A program made the translations under genes and the position numbers. The notes below the pieces were generated by a model, which had not been told where the DNA came from, made no database searches, and was given only the letters and a program-made list of their open reading frames with translations. Positions 62,341 through 64,000 of a DNA stretch of 64,000 nt are shown here, in pieces; the first letter of the stretch is position 1; each line of letters begins with the position of its first letter. Source of the DNA: Pseudomonadota bacterium (GTDB lineage Bacteria > Desulfobacterota > Desulfovibrionia > Desulfovibrionales > Desulfovibrionaceae); the NCBI GenBank assembly GCA_023438245.1, contig JAEXRD010000149.1:4771-68770 (forward strand). Direction: 5' to 3'.

Positions 62341-62919
62341 CTAGGCTTCCGGCAGTTTGTTCACCAGCACCTTGGCCGGGCGGATGACGCGGCCCTTGAG
62401 CACGTATCCGGACTGGGCCACCTTGGCCACGCAGCCTTCGTCCCGGCCCTGTTCGCACACGGTGCCGATGGCCTCGTGCACGTTGGGGTCGAAGGCCTCG
62501 CCGCAGGCGCCCACGCACTCCAGGCCGTGCTTCTTCAGGGTGTCCAGGAACATCTTGCGGGTCATGTCCACGCCCAGCACGATGTTCTTGCAGGCGGCGT
62601 CGCTGCCCGCGTGCTCGATGGCCAGTCCCAGGTTGTCCAGCACGGGCAGCAGGTCGGCCAGCACGCTCTCGGTGGCGTACTTGCGCACTTCCTCGGTCTC
62701 GCGCTGGATGCGGCGCTTGAAATTCTCGTTGTCGGCCAGGGCGCGCAGCTTGATGTCCTCGGCCTCGGCCATGACATTGCAGCTGGAGCACACGTGGGCC
62801 TTGCACAGCGCGGCCAGCTCCTCCTCGGAGAGGTCCACCTTGGGGCCTTCCCCCTGGGTCGTGGGCGCGGCGGCTTCGGCCTGCTGCTTGATCTTGTCGT
62901 TCTCAGACATGTTGGTCAC
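62341..62919 (-). CDS. grpE: Nucleotide exchange factor GrpE
   Basis: LRALADNENFKRR, LLPVLDNL, FDPNVHEA, GY.LKGRVIRPA.V; GTG 62919 or ATG 62910 start. Confidence 0.95.
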   Translation of the reverse strand: MTNMSENDKIKQQAEAAAPTTQGEGPKVDLSEEELAALCKAHVCSSCNVMAEAEDIKLRALADNENFKRRIQRETEEVRKYATESVLADLLPVLDNLGLAIEHAGSDAACKNIVLGVDMTRKMFLDTLKKHGLECVGACGEAFDPNVHEAIGTVCEQGRDEGCVAKVAQSGYVLKGRVIRPAKVLVNKLPEA

Positions 62920-63154
62920 ATCCTTGATGCCTTGGTGTCCGGAGGGCGAAGGCGTCCGGCTCGTTCACACATCGACGCCGGACGGCCTCCAGTGTTCGAG
63001 GCGTCCGGCGTCGTTTGCTGTGCAATTGGTAAGCACGTCTGCGGCGCTGTCAACAGGCCGGGGGCGCGCTTTGGCGGGGAAAGAGTGAAAAAGTTTGCGC
63101 ATCCGCCGCTATGATGGGGGCGCGGATGATGGGCGGCTTGGGGGGAATGGCGGG

Positions 63155-64000
63155 TCAGATCAGGAACAGGCCGTCCTCGTAGATGGCGCGGGTCTCGCCG
63201 CCGGGCAGGGTGGCCGTGACGCGCTTTGGCCCGGTGTTCACCAGGTCCCAGTGCATGGCCGAGGCGTTGAAGCCCAGCTCGGCCTCGCGCTCCGGGGTCA
63301 GCTCCTGCGGCGGGCCGGAGAAGCTGGCTGCGCTGGCCCCGCCCAGGGCGATGTGGCAGTTGCCGAACTCCCCGCCCAGGTTCTCGTCCAGCAGGGTGTG
63401 GGCCATGAAGCGCTCCACCTTGGAGAAGCGCTTGTCGGTGAGCGAGAACTCGCCCACGCGGCGCGCGCCGGGGTCGCTGTACATGCGCCAGGACAGGAAC
63501 TGGCCCCCGCGCCCGGCCTGGGCGTCCACGGCGATGCCCTGGCGGAACTCCAGGCGCACGTCCAGGATCAGCCGTCCCCAGCACAGGCTGGGCTGGTCCG
63601 CGCGGTAGAAGCCCTCCACCGTGCGCCAGTCCGGGGCCAGGTAGATCTCGTAGCTGGGGATGTTGCGGCCGGTGACGCCCACGAACCGGCGTTTGTCGCC
63701 GGGGGATAAGGTAAGATCAATTCCCTCACCCTCCACGTGGACGCGCGAAATTTTCATGCCGTCCAGCCACTTGCAGATCTCGCCCACCTCCTTGCGGGTG
63801 CGCTTCCACTCGGCCACGGGGTCCGGGGTGTACAGCAGGCAGGCCCGGGCCAGGCGCTCGGAGTATTCCGAAAGCTCCATGCCGCTGGCCCCGGCAAGGG
63901 CCTCGGTGGGGTACAGGCACACGGTGGAGCCGAGCAGTCCGGCGCGGCGGCGGCGGTCCAGCAGGCCCATGGACTGCATCTCGGCCAGCTCGCCCTGGGC
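63155..64000 (-). CDS. Aminopeptidase (M29 family), 5'-truncated by window edge
   Basis: NIPSYEI, VGEFSL, TLLDEN, HIALG, SAMHWDLV; frame open to the window end. Confidence 0.88.
   Translation of the reverse strand, partial: AQGELAEMQSMGLLDRRRRAGLLGSTVCLYPTEALAGASGMELSEYSERLARACLLYTPDPVAEWKRTRKEVGEICKWLDGMKISRVHVEGEGIDLTLSPGDKRRFVGVTGRNIPSYEIYLAPDWRTVEGFYRADQPSLCWGRLILDVRLEFRQGIAVDAQAGRGGQFLSWRMYSDPGARRVGEFSLTDKRFSKVERFMAHTLLDENLGGEFGNCHIALGGASAASFSGPPQELTPEREAELGFNASAMHWDLVNTGPKRVTATLPGGETRAIYEDGLFLI

Overview
GC-rich chromosomal segment from a sulfate-reducing Desulfovibrionaceae-like bacterium (inferred from gene content and Zur-box type). Most of it is housekeeping: an ABC exporter, a DUF748 protein, putA with an Lrp regulator, an Mla/Pqi-like ABC set, lysE with a MocR regulator, glgB, pdxA, rfbA, mogA, tolC, an MltB-like gene, moaE, a hybrid kinase, gpmA, mutY, NFACT, dksA, a tRNA Gly-Cys-Gly cluster, psd-pssA-leuACDB, a Zur zinc locus, gatAC, an LpoA-like gene, dnaK and grpE. 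No integrase, transposase, prophage or CRISPR array was seen. Highlights not explained by the ORF track: (1) a dispersed ~147-nt rod-like hairpin repeat with compensatory base changes, in two full copies and one shortened relative, each right after a TAG stop between convergent genes; (2) a hidden 73-codon dual-CXXC selenoprotein with in-frame TGA and an fdhF-like SECIS between tolC and the MltB-like gene; (3) a Zur-boxed znuA-zur locus with a divergent permease pair instead of znuBC; (4) an orphan VgrG3-type muramidase behind a sigma54-like promoter; (5) a lone AT-rich DUF2971 gene next to rfbA; (6) a tRNA-Cys with A33 and a D-stem mismatch; (7) a CCHC zinc knuckle in a large membrane-anchored TPR protein. 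All family calls come from motif recognition by eye, not database searches.
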